This document shows positions 27,285 to 36,069 of a stretch of 64,000 bases of DNA, piece after piece. A program made the translations under genes and the position numbers. The notes under the pieces were generated by a model. The model did no database searches, had not been told where the DNA came from, and was given only the letters and a program-made list of their open reading frames with translations. Position 1 is the stretch's first letter. Each line of letters starts with the position of its first letter. Origin of the DNA: Patescibacteria group bacterium (GTDB taxonomy: Bacteria; Patescibacteriota; Minisyncoccia; Phycocordibacterales; Phycocordibacteraceae); the NCBI GenBank assembly GCA_040384705.1, contig JAZKIU010000001.1, positions 25,907 through 89,906 of the forward strand. Reading direction: 5' to 3'.

Positions 27285-27303
27285 GTATCCAGTATATCCG
27301 AGC

Positions 27304-29694
27304 CTAGGAAAGCGGGGACATCTCGCCCCAGTTCTTTCCTACCTTCCCTTCCGCGATGATGGGCACGCCTTCCGCATCTTTTTCTGGCAGGACGTCCTCC
27401 ATCATCTTCTTTATCTTCGGCGCGAGCGTATCCACGAGCCCGTCGCGTATCTCGTATACGAGTTCGTCATGCACTTGGAGCAGCAGGTGCGCGTCCTCGT
27501 GCTGGCCCTCTTTCCGAAGCATGGTGTCGACTTCCACCATCGCGCGCTTGATGATGTCGGCCTGCGTCCCTTGTATCGGCGCATTGATGGCCATGCGTTC
27601 GGCCTGAGCGCGAACGTAGGGGAGTGGTGATTTCATCTCCGGGAATTGACGGCGCCTGCCGAACAATGTCTCGGTATATCCATTCTTCCGCGCGAACCCT
27701 CGGGTGGACTCGAGATATTTCGCGAGCGTATCAAAAGTGCGGAAATAGTCTTCGTGGAATTGGTGCGCTTCTGCGGTCGATACGCCGAGCTGGGTACGAA
27801 GCGAGTTCACGCCCATGCCGTACAGAATGCCGAAGTTGATTATCTTCGCTCGTCGGCGCATCTCGCGGTCCACGTTCTCGGGCGCTACCGCGAACACTGC
27901 TGCAGCCACTTCCTGGTGGACGTCTCGTCCGGAACGGAAGATATCGCCGAGCTTCTCGTCCTTCGAGAGTATCGCGGCAATGCGGAGCTCTATCTGTGAA
28001 TAGTCGAGGGCGACGAGGGTGAACCCGTCGCGCGCGATGAATGCGTTACGGATAGCACGGCCCTCTGGCGTGCGTATAGGAATGTTCTGGAGGCCCGGGT
28101 TCTGGCTCGCCATGCGGCCGGTGACCGCCCCTGTCTGCAGGAACTCCGCATGGAGACGGTCCTCGCTATCAAGAAGTGGCGGTATCGCTTCTATATACGT
28201 GCCGAGCAGCTTCATGAGCCCGCGATATTTGAGCACTTCGTCCACGATAGGATGGAGCTCCCGTATCTTCTCGAGCTCGGACTCCTTAGTCGAGCGCTGC
28301 CCGCCCGCAGTCTTCTTCTGCCCCTTCGTTACAAGCCCGAGCTCGTCGAAGAGGACGTCGCCAAGCTGCTTGGGCGACGAGACGTTGAACTCGTGCCCTG
28401 CCATCTTATAGATACCCTTCTCTATCCTCTCGAGCTCCTTGCGGTACGTAGCGCGCAGTCCCTCAAGCACCGAGCGGTCTATCTTCACGCCGCACTCGCC
28501 CATCTCGCGCACGATATCGATGAGTGGTTGCTCGATGGAATCGTATACCTCTTTCAATCTTCCAGTCGTAGCGATGTTCTTCGACAGGGTTTCGTATGCC
28601 TCTTCGAAGTTCTTCGCCTTGGTATACGCGAGCACGTCATCGAGCGATGGGTTCGTGAAGTCGGAGTGGAGCAGGAAGAGCATGACCTTCGCCTCGGCGA
28701 GCCGGTCGGATGCGACCGACTCCTCGTCCTCGAGCGGGCCGTCATCGAGGAAATCATCGTCCGTGCCGTCCTTCCCGAAGAGCGCCTGCGCGCGGGGACG
28801 GAGCGAGCGGAATCCGAACCTATCGAACAACGCCGCGATGACCTGCAGCGACACGCACTCGTTCCAGTCCTTCTCCGGAAGATGGAACGCGATGGGTGCG
28901 TCCATGCGAATGGTGGCAAGACTCTTTGAGAATCGCGCATCCTCTTCGTGCTCGATGAGCAGCTTCACGATACGCGGCTTTATGCCGGCCGTTATGAACG
29001 CTTCCTCCCCTTTCTTCAGCGCCTTGTATATATCCTCGACCGTACCGAACTTCTGGATGAGTTCGGTCGCGGTCTTCTCGCCGATGCCGGGCACGCCCTT
29101 GATGTTGTCTGAGGGATCGCCGCGCAGGCCCTTATAGTCCGCGATTAGCTTGGGCAGGAAGCCGTAGCGCTCTTCGACCGCCTTCTCGTCGTACAGGATG
29201 GTGTCATTCAAACCCTTCTTTAGGGTATACACCTGCACCTGCTTCCCTTTGATGAGCTGCATCGTATCCATATCGCCCGATGCGATGATTATCTCTATCT
29301 CCTTATCCTTCTCAAGCATTTTCACGATGGTGCCGATGACATCGTCCGCTTCGAAACCTGCACGTTCGTATATAGGAACGGAGAAGGCTTCGAACACATC
29401 GCGTGACGTAGTGAGCTGCTTGATGAGCGCATCGTCGGTCTTCGCGCGCGTCCCCTTATATTCCGCATATGCCTCGTGACGCACGGTGGGGCCCGCAAGG
29501 TCGTACGCCGCAACGATGTGGTCCGGCTTGAGCTCGCTCATGATGCGCAGAAGCATCGAGGAGAGTCCGTACAGGGCCCCAGTAGGTTCTCCATCGGGCC
29601 CCGTGAATTCCGGGAGCGCATGGTACGCCCGGTGGATGATGGCGTGCGCATCGAGAACGACGAGCCGAGTCTTGTTTGTGGTCTTCTTAGACAT
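27304..29694 (-). CDS. polA: DNA polymerase I (5'-3' exonuclease plus polymerase domains)
   Basis: 796 aa with an N-terminal FEN/5'-nuclease domain and C-terminal family A polymerase motifs (RRAAKIINFGILYGM, HDELVYE). Confidence 0.95.
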   Translation of the reverse strand: MSKKTTNKTRLVVLDAHAIIHRAYHALPEFTGPDGEPTGALYGLSSMLLRIMSELKPDHIVAAYDLAGPTVRHEAYAEYKGTRAKTDDALIKQLTTSRDVFEAFSVPIYERAGFEADDVIGTIVKMLEKDKEIEIIIASGDMDTMQLIKGKQVQVYTLKKGLNDTILYDEKAVEERYGFLPKLIADYKGLRGDPSDNIKGVPGIGEKTATELIQKFGTVEDIYKALKKGEEAFITAGIKPRIVKLLIEHEEDARFSKSLATIRMDAPIAFHLPEKDWNECVSLQVIAALFDRFGFRSLRPRAQALFGKDGTDDDFLDDGPLEDEESVASDRLAEAKVMLFLLHSDFTNPSLDDVLAYTKAKNFEEAYETLSKNIATTGRLKEVYDSIEQPLIDIVREMGECGVKIDRSVLEGLRATYRKELERIEKGIYKMAGHEFNVSSPKQLGDVLFDELGLVTKGQKKTAGGQRSTKESELEKIRELHPIVDEVLKYRGLMKLLGTYIEAIPPLLDSEDRLHAEFLQTGAVTGRMASQNPGLQNIPIRTPEGRAIRNAFIARDGFTLVALDYSQIELRIAAILSKDEKLGDIFRSGRDVHQEVAAAVFAVAPENVDREMRRRAKIINFGILYGMGVNSLRTQLGVSTAEAHQFHEDYFRTFDTLAKYLESTRGFARKNGYTETLFGRRRQFPEMKSPLPYVRAQAERMAINAPIQGTQADIIKRAMVEVDTMLRKEGQHEDAHLLLQVHDELVYEIRDGLVDTLAPKIKKMMEDVLPEKDAEGVPIIAEGKVGKNWGEMSPLS

Positions 29695-30124
29695 AGGTAA
29701 TGGTGCGGGATTGGTCCGGTTCTACCGTAAGCGTTATGGCGACATCCGCTGTCGGCAGCCCGTCGGCGACCATCTCCGGCCACTCGAGCACTACGAGCGT
29801 CCGCGCATCCTTCATAAGATCTTCCCAGCCGAGCGGGCCGAGCTCTGCGCCTTCCTTCAAGCGGTACGCGTCTATGTGCGCCAACCGCCTGAACGGCTTA
29901 TCCTCCGCGAGCTGGTATACCTTCTCAAGTACGAACGTCGGGCTCGTGACGTGCTCCTCGATGCCGTACGCCTTCGCAAACGCCTGGGTGAACGAGGTCT
30001 TCCCCGCCCCGAGCTCGCCCGAGAGCGTAACGAGGGTCGCGCCACCCTCCTTCGGGGCAAGGCGCTCGGATAGCGCCTTCGCTTCCTGCGCGAGCTCGTC
30101 GAGGTCCTGGAGCTTCTTTCCCAT
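29687..30124 (-). CDS. tsaE: tRNA threonylcarbamoyladenosine biosynthesis ATPase TsaE
   Basis: P-loop GELGAGKTSF. Start taken at the internal ATG (MGKKLQ) at about 30124; the track ORF 29687..30862 carries a spurious N-terminal extension. Overlaps the polA start by 8 nt. Confidence 0.8.
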   Translation of the reverse strand: MGKKLQDLDELAQEAKALSERLAPKEGGATLVTLSGELGAGKTSFTQAFAKAYGIEEHVTSPTFVLEKVYQLAEDKPFRRLAHIDAYRLKEGAELGPLGWEDLMKDARTLVVLEWPEMVADGLPTADVAITLTVEPDQSRTITYV

Positions 30125-30140
30125 GGTGGGATTGTACCAA

Positions 30141-30178
30141 TATAAAAAAGCACCCGCTCCCCAGGGGGAAGCGGGCAC
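30141..30178 (-). terminator. Terminator after the Gly/Tyr-rich protein gene
   Basis: GCCCGCTTCCCCCTGGGGAGCGGGTGC followed by TTTTTTAT on the minus strand. Confidence 0.5.
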
Positions 30179-30195
30179 AGTATTCGTTGGTTCGC

Positions 30196-30942
30196 CTATC
30201 GGCTCGCGCCCGCAAGAGCGGTGAGCACGCCGGCGGTGATGGCGAGGCTCTTCACGTGCTCGGAACCTTTGACCACGTAGCCGCCGTATTGAACGGTCAG
30301 CATGCGTTCGCAGTGCCACTTGTAGCCGCGGGGCGCTTGGGTGTTGGGCGGCGCCGGCGGGCACTGGTTGCCGTACTCCTTGTAGGGAAAGGGCCACACG
30401 ATGCCGCCGTAGAACCGCGATCCAGAGCTGCCGTACCGGCCGTAGCCGTAGTCGCGTTGGCCGCTGTAGCCGTAGTCGCGACCATCGGGCGTCTGGCACA
30501 TGTTCGACCGCAGATCGAATCCGCAGCCAATATTGCTGGCGTTGCTGCCGTACCCTCCGCGGTTGTAGCCGCGATAGTCGTTCGCGACGCGCACAGGCTC
30601 GGGATACGCCTGCGAAGGCGGTTCCCGATAGCTCGGTGCGTAGCTCGTGGGCGTCGTAGAGGATTCGGAAATCCGGTACTCCTCGAGCGGAGTGATGCCG
30701 CTCGAACGCATCGTGGCTGCCGGAGCAGGCGACGCGTGCTCGATCGGGCTTTCCGTGAACGCGAGCTGGCGCGGGTGCGCGGCGTAGGCGGTAGGCGCGG
30801 CCGGAGCCGCAATCGATTTCGAGCAGTCTTTCGACATGTTGCCCGAGAAGGATTTGAAGCATTTCGCCGACGCGGTGCCGCCGAACGCGATGGTGGCGAT
30901 TATGGCGATGGAAGGAACGCCAAGAAGAGCGCGAAGGCGCAT
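30196..30942 (-). CDS. Secreted low-complexity Gly/Tyr/Arg-rich protein
   Basis: Signal peptide MRLRALLGVPSIAIIATIAFGGTASA, then Pro/Ala/Ser-rich and YG/GYG repeat regions (DYGYSGQRDYGYGRYGSSG). Confidence 0.5.
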   Translation of the reverse strand: MRLRALLGVPSIAIIATIAFGGTASAKCFKSFSGNMSKDCSKSIAAPAAPTAYAAHPRQLAFTESPIEHASPAPAATMRSSGITPLEEYRISESSTTPTSYAPSYREPPSQAYPEPVRVANDYRGYNRGGYGSNASNIGCGFDLRSNMCQTPDGRDYGYSGQRDYGYGRYGSSGSRFYGGIVWPFPYKEYGNQCPPAPPNTQAPRGYKWHCERMLTVQYGGYVVKGSEHVKSLAITAGVLTALAGASR

Positions 30943-31036
30943 GATGAGTCTCCTGATTGCTTGGTTACTGAGGTATAGTATAGCAAAATACACGGTAAAT
31001 GTCAATAGCCTGGCCCTTTCCGCAGGGTGCTACTAT

Positions 31037-32719
31037 ATGGCCTATATGCCGGCTCATTTCGATACCGATGCGGAGGACGCGAAGCTAGCGTCCGTCCGCG
31101 AGAAAGAGGAGGAGGACCTCGCCCAGATACTCTCCGAGAAGCACGGACTTCCCTACACCGACCTCTCGGTCGTGCCCGTGAACATGGACGCGCTCCGCAT
31201 CATCCCGGAGACACAAGCAAAGGAAGCGGAAGTGGTCGCGTTCGATAAGAATGGTAAGCACGTCTCGCTCGCAATTCAGAACCCCGAGAATATCGCGCTC
31301 GCGAAGGTGGTGAGCGACCTCGAAGCCCAGGGCCTCATCATCGCGAAGTTCCTCGCCTCGAGAAAGAGCCTCGAGAAAGCGCTTTCCCGCTACGCCGACC
31401 TTTCCTATGCCCACGAGGATAGGGCGGGCATGTTCGACATCAAGAGCGAGGAGATCCATGAACTCACTAATAAGCTGACTGATATCGCAGCGCTCCGCGA
31501 CGACCTCACCAAGAGCATGGAGGTGGGCCACCGCGCGCAGACCTCGAGGATATTGGAGCAGATGCTCGCGGCAGCGCTCTCTATGCGCGCTTCCGATATC
31601 CACATAGAACCTGAGGAGGCCGGAATACGCCTTCGCCTTCGCATCGACGGTCTGCTGACCGATGTGTTCATGTTCGATTCTCACGGGTACGAACTCCTCG
31701 CGTCCCGCATCAAGCTCCTTTCGGGACTCAAGCTCAATATCAAGGACCGGGCGCAGGACGGACGCTTCTCCATTGTCGTGAACAATGAGATAGAGGTTCG
31801 TACCTCCGTTATCCCAGGCGCATATGGCGAATCGATTGTCATGCGTATCCTCAATCCCAATACCCTTTCCATATCCTTCGAGGGCCTCGGCATCCACGAG
31901 AAGATTCTCGCGAAGCTCGCCGTCGAGCTCAAGCGCCCTAACGGGATGCTCCTTACGACCGGCCCCACGGGCTCGGGTAAGACGACGACGCTGTATGCGT
32001 TCCTTAAGTATCTCCATACGCCTGACATAAAGATAATCACTATCGAGGACCCGGTGGAATACCATATCCCCGGCATCGTGCAGACGCAGGTGAACCATAA
32101 GGACTACACCTTCGCTGCGGGACTCCGCTCCATTCTGCGCCAGGACCCGGACGTCATCATGGTGGGCGAGATACGCGATGCAGAAGTGGCAGAGACCGCT
32201 ATTCAAGCAGCGCTCACCGGTCACTTCGTGTTCTCAACACTCCACACCAATAACGCAGCGGGTACCTTCCCCCGCCTGGTCGATCTTGGTATCGATTCCA
32301 AAACATTCGCATCCGCCATTACCGTCGCGATGGCGCAGCGTCTCGTGCGCACGCTCGACCATGATCGCCGCAAGCAGGTCCCGCTTACCGACGAGCAGAA
32401 GAGGACAGTCGAAAAGATATTCTCGACCGTCGAGGATAAGTCGCTCCTCCCTGCTTCATACGACATGACGTGGGTACCAGATGCCGCAGAGGGAGACGAG
32501 ACGTCGGGATACAAAGGCCGCATGGGCCTCTACGAAGCGATATTCATGGACGATGAGCTGGGTGAGTTCTTGCGCGATAACCCGAGCGAGCATGACATCG
32601 CGAAGCATGTACGCCGCCAGGGCGCGCTCACCATGGCGCAGCAGGGCGTCATCGACGCACTTAATGGACTGACCTCGCTCGATGAGGTGTTCCGCATCGT
32701 CGATATCCCCCGCGATTAG
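31037..32719 (+). CDS. pilB: Type II/IV secretion ATPase (PilB/GspE family)
   Basis: T2SSE N-terminal domain, Walker A GPTGSGKTTT, Asp box, Walker B and the tetracysteine-free His box. An alternative start at the ATG at about 31046 fits a leaderless transcript. Confidence 0.9.
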   Translation: MAYMPAHFDTDAEDAKLASVREKEEEDLAQILSEKHGLPYTDLSVVPVNMDALRIIPETQAKEAEVVAFDKNGKHVSLAIQNPENIALAKVVSDLEAQGLIIAKFLASRKSLEKALSRYADLSYAHEDRAGMFDIKSEEIHELTNKLTDIAALRDDLTKSMEVGHRAQTSRILEQMLAAALSMRASDIHIEPEEAGIRLRLRIDGLLTDVFMFDSHGYELLASRIKLLSGLKLNIKDRAQDGRFSIVVNNEIEVRTSVIPGAYGESIVMRILNPNTLSISFEGLGIHEKILAKLAVELKRPNGMLLTTGPTGSGKTTTLYAFLKYLHTPDIKIITIEDPVEYHIPGIVQTQVNHKDYTFAAGLRSILRQDPDVIMVGEIRDAEVAETAIQAALTGHFVFSTLHTNNAAGTFPRLVDLGIDSKTFASAITVAMAQRLVRTLDHDRRKQVPLTDEQKRTVEKIFSTVEDKSLLPASYDMTWVPDAAEGDETSGYKGRMGLYEAIFMDDELGEFLRDNPSEHDIAKHVRRQGALTMAQQGVIDALNGLTSLDEVFRIVDIPRD

Positions 32720-32723
32720 AACG

Positions 32724-32751
32724 TAAAAAGCGCCCCACGGGGCGCTTTTTA
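32724..32751. terminator. Terminator of pilB
   Basis: AAAAAGCGCCCC-ACG-GGGCGCTTTTT. Confidence 0.6.
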
Positions 32752-32972
32752 CTCATGTACGTTCTCGCGCGATCCCGCACATTACCCTCCAGGCACGATC
32801 ATCCGAATGGATGACTGAACAAATCGCCTGAGGAGTGTCCCAGCGCTCCGCATACGAGTGCGGTACCAGAATGTCCTTGGGGAAAAGCCCAAAAGCCGTC
32901 AAGCCTTGCCTAGAGGGTGATGAGTAGGATCTAAGGGGCCGCGTTCCTTACCAAGGTAAAGAAAAAGGCCCG

Positions 32973-32988
32973 GTGAGAATGTTCTCAC
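32973..32988. promoter_or_regulatory. 16-bp perfect palindrome GTGAGAATGTTCTCAC upstream of ruvB (candidate operator)
   Basis: 7-2-7 palindrome about 20 nt upstream of the extended -10 TGCTAGAAT at 33005-33013. Confidence 0.4.
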
Positions 32989-33032
32989 AAGGCCGACCCC
33001 TGTGTGCTAGAATACTAGCATACCTCGATTTT

Positions 33033-34013
33033 ATGTCAAGTACCCCTGACACGATTCGGATAAAAGACCAGTCCCTCGATTCGGCCCTCCGCCCTACCCT
33101 GTGGGATGAGTACATAGGCCAAGGGCACGTGAAGGCGAACGTGCAGGTTGTCCTCACCGCGGCCAAGAACCGCGGCGACATGCCCGAACATCTCCTTTTC
33201 TATGGCCCTCCGGGGGTCGGCAAGACCACGCTCGCCCATCTTGTAGCCCACACGCTTGAGGCCCCTATCAAATCGACGTCCGGGGTCGCGATAGAGCGCG
33301 CAGGAGACCTCGCTGCCATACTTACGAACCTTGAGCCGGGCACCGTCCTCTTCATCGACGAGATTCACCAGCTTTCCCATAAGATTGAGGAGCTTCTATA
33401 CCCGGCGCTTGAGTCGGGCTCGCTCGATATCATCCTCGGGAAAGGTCCGTCAGCGCGCACCGTCGAGCTCGCGCTCCCGCCATTCACCCTCGTGGGCGCC
33501 ACCACCCGCGTCGCGCAGCTATCGAGCCCGCTCCGCTCGCGCTTCGGCGGTGGTGTGTACCAGCTCGATTTCTATACCGAGGACGACTTGAAGAGCATCA
33601 TTAAGCGTTCCGCTGGTGTGCTTAGCCTTTCGGTGGATGACGCGGTTGTTGACCGCATCGCGAGCCGTAGCCGCGCGACCCCAAGGGTCGCGAACGCGCT
33701 CCTCAAGCGCGTGCGTGACTATTCGGAAGTGAAGAATGTCCCTATCACGCCCGAGGTGTGCGATCTCGCCTGCGAGATGTTCGGTATCGATGAACTCGGG
33801 CTCACCAAAGACGACCGTCGCTACCTCACGACATTGCGGGATAGCTTCAAGGGCGGGCCCGCTGGTATTCGTGCGCTCGCAAGCGGACTCCACGAGGATC
33901 CTGAGACTGTTGAGAACGTGTACGAGCCGTATCTCCTGCGTCTTGGATTCATCGAACGCTCTCCAAGGGGACGTATCCTCACCTCAAAAGGCAGGGAGTA
34001 TTTGGGAGACTGA
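33033..34013 (+). CDS. ruvB: Holliday junction DNA helicase RuvB
   Basis: AAA+ Walker A GPPGVGKTTLA, sensor motifs and a C-terminal winged helix. Start taken at the ATG at 33033, downstream of the promoter. Confidence 0.95.
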   Translation: MSSTPDTIRIKDQSLDSALRPTLWDEYIGQGHVKANVQVVLTAAKNRGDMPEHLLFYGPPGVGKTTLAHLVAHTLEAPIKSTSGVAIERAGDLAAILTNLEPGTVLFIDEIHQLSHKIEELLYPALESGSLDIILGKGPSARTVELALPPFTLVGATTRVAQLSSPLRSRFGGGVYQLDFYTEDDLKSIIKRSAGVLSLSVDDAVVDRIASRSRATPRVANALLKRVRDYSEVKNVPITPEVCDLACEMFGIDELGLTKDDRRYLTTLRDSFKGGPAGIRALASGLHEDPETVENVYEPYLLRLGFIERSPRGRILTSKGREYLGD

Positions 34014-34034
34014 GAGACATATCTAACCAGTAGT

Positions 34035-34787
34035 ATGTCGCAAATACGTTTGGTTTCCTTGAACGTCGAGAGGTCCAGGCACCTTGAGAGGGTTCTGCCC
34101 TTCCTGATTGGACAGAATCCGGACATCGTCTGCATACAAGAACTCTGCGAGCTGAACATACCTGCATTCGAAAATGCGCTCGGTGTAAAATGCCTCTTTA
34201 CCCCACTGAAACATAATGGCCAAGACGGCCCGCTCAAGACCGAGGGTTTGGGGGTCTTCTCCCTCTTGAGGATTCTCTCAAGCGGGGTGGATTTCTACGT
34301 CGGGAATAGAGAATATATCCCAACCTATGGGCAGTCATCCGACCCTACAAAACAAATGAGTGACCGCTGTGCGCTCGTCAGCATTGCTGTCGAGAAGGAT
34401 GATGTGGAGTTCCGAGTCGCAACGACCCATTTCGCCTGGACGCCCGATGGGCAACCTGATGAATTCCAGTTGAGAGCGTTCGAAGGGCTTAAACAGGTGC
34501 TCGAAACAAAGAGCGGCTTAATCTTATGCGGCGACTTCAACGCGCCCCGAGGAGGAGAGATATTCAGCGCCTTAGCAAGGCAGTACACCGACAATATCCC
34601 GCAGAAGTACATAACGAGCCTGGATAGGAAGCTGCACAGAGCTGGTCATCTTGATCTCATGGTGGACGGCCTTTTCACTACTTCGGAGTACGCAGCAATG
34701 GACGTGGAGCTTGTGTGCGATATCAGTGACCATTGCGCCGTGACCGCGAACCTCATTCGGCTGGAAGCCAACGCACAAAAGCTGTAA
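34035..34787 (+). CDS. Endonuclease/exonuclease/phosphatase (EEP) family protein
   Basis: IVCIQE, GDFNAP and SDHCAV catalytic motifs. About 50% GC. Confidence 0.8.
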   Translation: MSQIRLVSLNVERSRHLERVLPFLIGQNPDIVCIQELCELNIPAFENALGVKCLFTPLKHNGQDGPLKTEGLGVFSLLRILSSGVDFYVGNREYIPTYGQSSDPTKQMSDRCALVSIAVEKDDVEFRVATTHFAWTPDGQPDEFQLRAFEGLKQVLETKSGLILCGDFNAPRGGEIFSALARQYTDNIPQKYITSLDRKLHRAGHLDLMVDGLFTTSEYAAMDVELVCDISDHCAVTANLIRLEANAQKL

Positions 34788-34797
34788 GCTTGAAGCA

Positions 34798-35355
34798 ATG
34801 TCAGGACACAGTAAATGGTCTCAGATAAAGCGACAGAAGGGCGTCACTGACGCCGCTAAAAGCCGTACCTTCTCCCGCTTCGCCCGGCTTATCGCCATCG
34901 AATCCAAGAAGGCGAACGGTAACCTCTCCTCTCCCGGTCTCGTGACAGCTATTGAGCGCGCGAAGGCGGCGAACATGCCCAAAGACAACATCGAACGTGC
35001 CGTCACCAAAGGTAACTCCAAAGACGCGAGCGACCTCGAACAAGTCGTCTATGAATTCTATGGACCCGGCGGCACCGCACTTATCGTCGACGCGCTCACC
35101 GACAATAAGAACCGAACCACACAGGAGATAAAGCACCTTATGACGAAGAACGGATTCGAACTCGGGAGCCCCGGTTCCGCGCTCTGGGCATTCACGAAGT
35201 CCCTGGACGGCACCCTCGCACCGAACGAACCGCTCATGGATCTCTCCGAAACAGATGAGACTGCGCTTGGTGCCATCCTTGAGCTATTCGATGACCATGA
35301 GGATGTGCAGCAGGTATATACGAATGCGCGCGGGTTCGAGACGACGCGCGAATAA
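34798..35355 (+). CDS. yebC: YebC/PmpR-family regulator (short form)
   Basis: N-terminus MSGHSKWSQIKRQKG; 185 aa versus roughly 240 in typical YebC. Confidence 0.75.
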   Translation: MSGHSKWSQIKRQKGVTDAAKSRTFSRFARLIAIESKKANGNLSSPGLVTAIERAKAANMPKDNIERAVTKGNSKDASDLEQVVYEFYGPGGTALIVDALTDNKNRTTQEIKHLMTKNGFELGSPGSALWAFTKSLDGTLAPNEPLMDLSETDETALGAILELFDDHEDVQQVYTNARGFETTRE

Positions 35356-35357
35356 CG

Positions 35358-35831
35358 ATGAGGGTGCTCGCTATCGATCCTGGGTTCGATAGGCTCGGGT
35401 TAGCGGTGCTCGAGGGAGACCCCTCCCGCCCCACCCATATATGGAGCGACTGCGTCATCCCGCCCAAAGGAACCGCTGATGAACGTCTTGCGGTCGTACA
35501 TAACGCGGTCGCGCTTGCGATACGTATGTACGCCCCTGATTTCCTTGCGCTCGAGACGCTTTTCTTCAGCACGAACAAGAAGACGGCCCTGGGAGTAGCG
35601 GAAGCAAGAGGCGCAGTACTCTCGGCTGCAGGAGAAGCTGGTATTCCAGTCACTGAGCATTCCCCGGGCACGGTGAAGCTCGCAGTTACCGGGAACGGGC
35701 GGGCGGATAAGAAGTCGATCGCCATGATGGTGCCTAAATTGATAGTCCTCCCACCAAAGAAGCGCCTCGATGACGAGTTCGACGCGATTGCGGTGGGCAT
35801 CTGCGCCTTGTCCACATACCGAGGTCGGTAA
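35358..35831 (+). CDS. ruvC: Crossover junction endodeoxyribonuclease RuvC
   Basis: Begins MRVLAIDPGFDRLGLAV in the RNase H-like fold; 157 aa. Confidence 0.9.
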   Translation: MRVLAIDPGFDRLGLAVLEGDPSRPTHIWSDCVIPPKGTADERLAVVHNAVALAIRMYAPDFLALETLFFSTNKKTALGVAEARGAVLSAAGEAGIPVTEHSPGTVKLAVTGNGRADKKSIAMMVPKLIVLPPKKRLDDEFDAIAVGICALSTYRGR

Positions 35832-35911
35832 GGTTGCAAACTTTTTCCCGTCTGCTCAAATGGGTGGGCAACGCGCCCACGCGCGAGCATGATCAAAATA
35901 ATTGATACGTA

Positions 35912-36025
35912 TGGCAGAAGACGAACTCGAAGAGGCTGGGCTTGACCCGGAGGCGGCAACCGAAGACGAGGAGGATGACCTCCCCGTCGACATCGCTCTT
36001 GAGGAAGAAGAGGACGAGATGTAAG
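35912..36025 (+). CDS. Candidate small acidic protein (37 aa)
   Basis: ATG...TAA ORF encoding MAEDELEEAGLDPEAATEDEEDDLPVDIALEEEEDEM, followed immediately by a terminator hairpin. Falls below the 60-aa track cutoff. Confidence 0.3.
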
Positions 36026-36027
36026 AC

Positions 36028-36052
36028 AAAGCGGCCCTAACGGGCCGCTTTT
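36028..36052. terminator. Terminator hairpin
   Basis: AAAGCGGCCC-TAAC-GGGCCGCTTTT. Confidence 0.6.
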
Positions 36053-36069
36053 GTGCTAGCATACCCCTC

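Noticed and set aside
30125-30862. N-terminal 246-aa extension of the tsaE ORF (29687..30862)
   Set aside because: It is Arg/Leu-rich junk sequence overlapping, in another frame, the secreted Gly/Tyr-rich protein gene. TsaE homology begins at the internal ATG at about 30124 (MGKKLQ...). The plus ORF 30836..31036 upstream of pilB is likewise an artifact.
32760-32972. Possible SRP RNA, 6S RNA or tmRNA in the pilB-ruvB spacer
   Set aside because: No match by eye to the SRP domain IV (GGAAG...AGCA) or tmRNA tag-coding features. It is kept only as an unexplained structured spacer in the findings.
32973-33032. GTG-initiated 20-aa N-terminal extension of ruvB
   Set aside because: The extension would begin inside the palindromic operator and upstream of the TGCTAGAAT -10 element. 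The ATG at 33033 gives a normal RuvB N-terminus.
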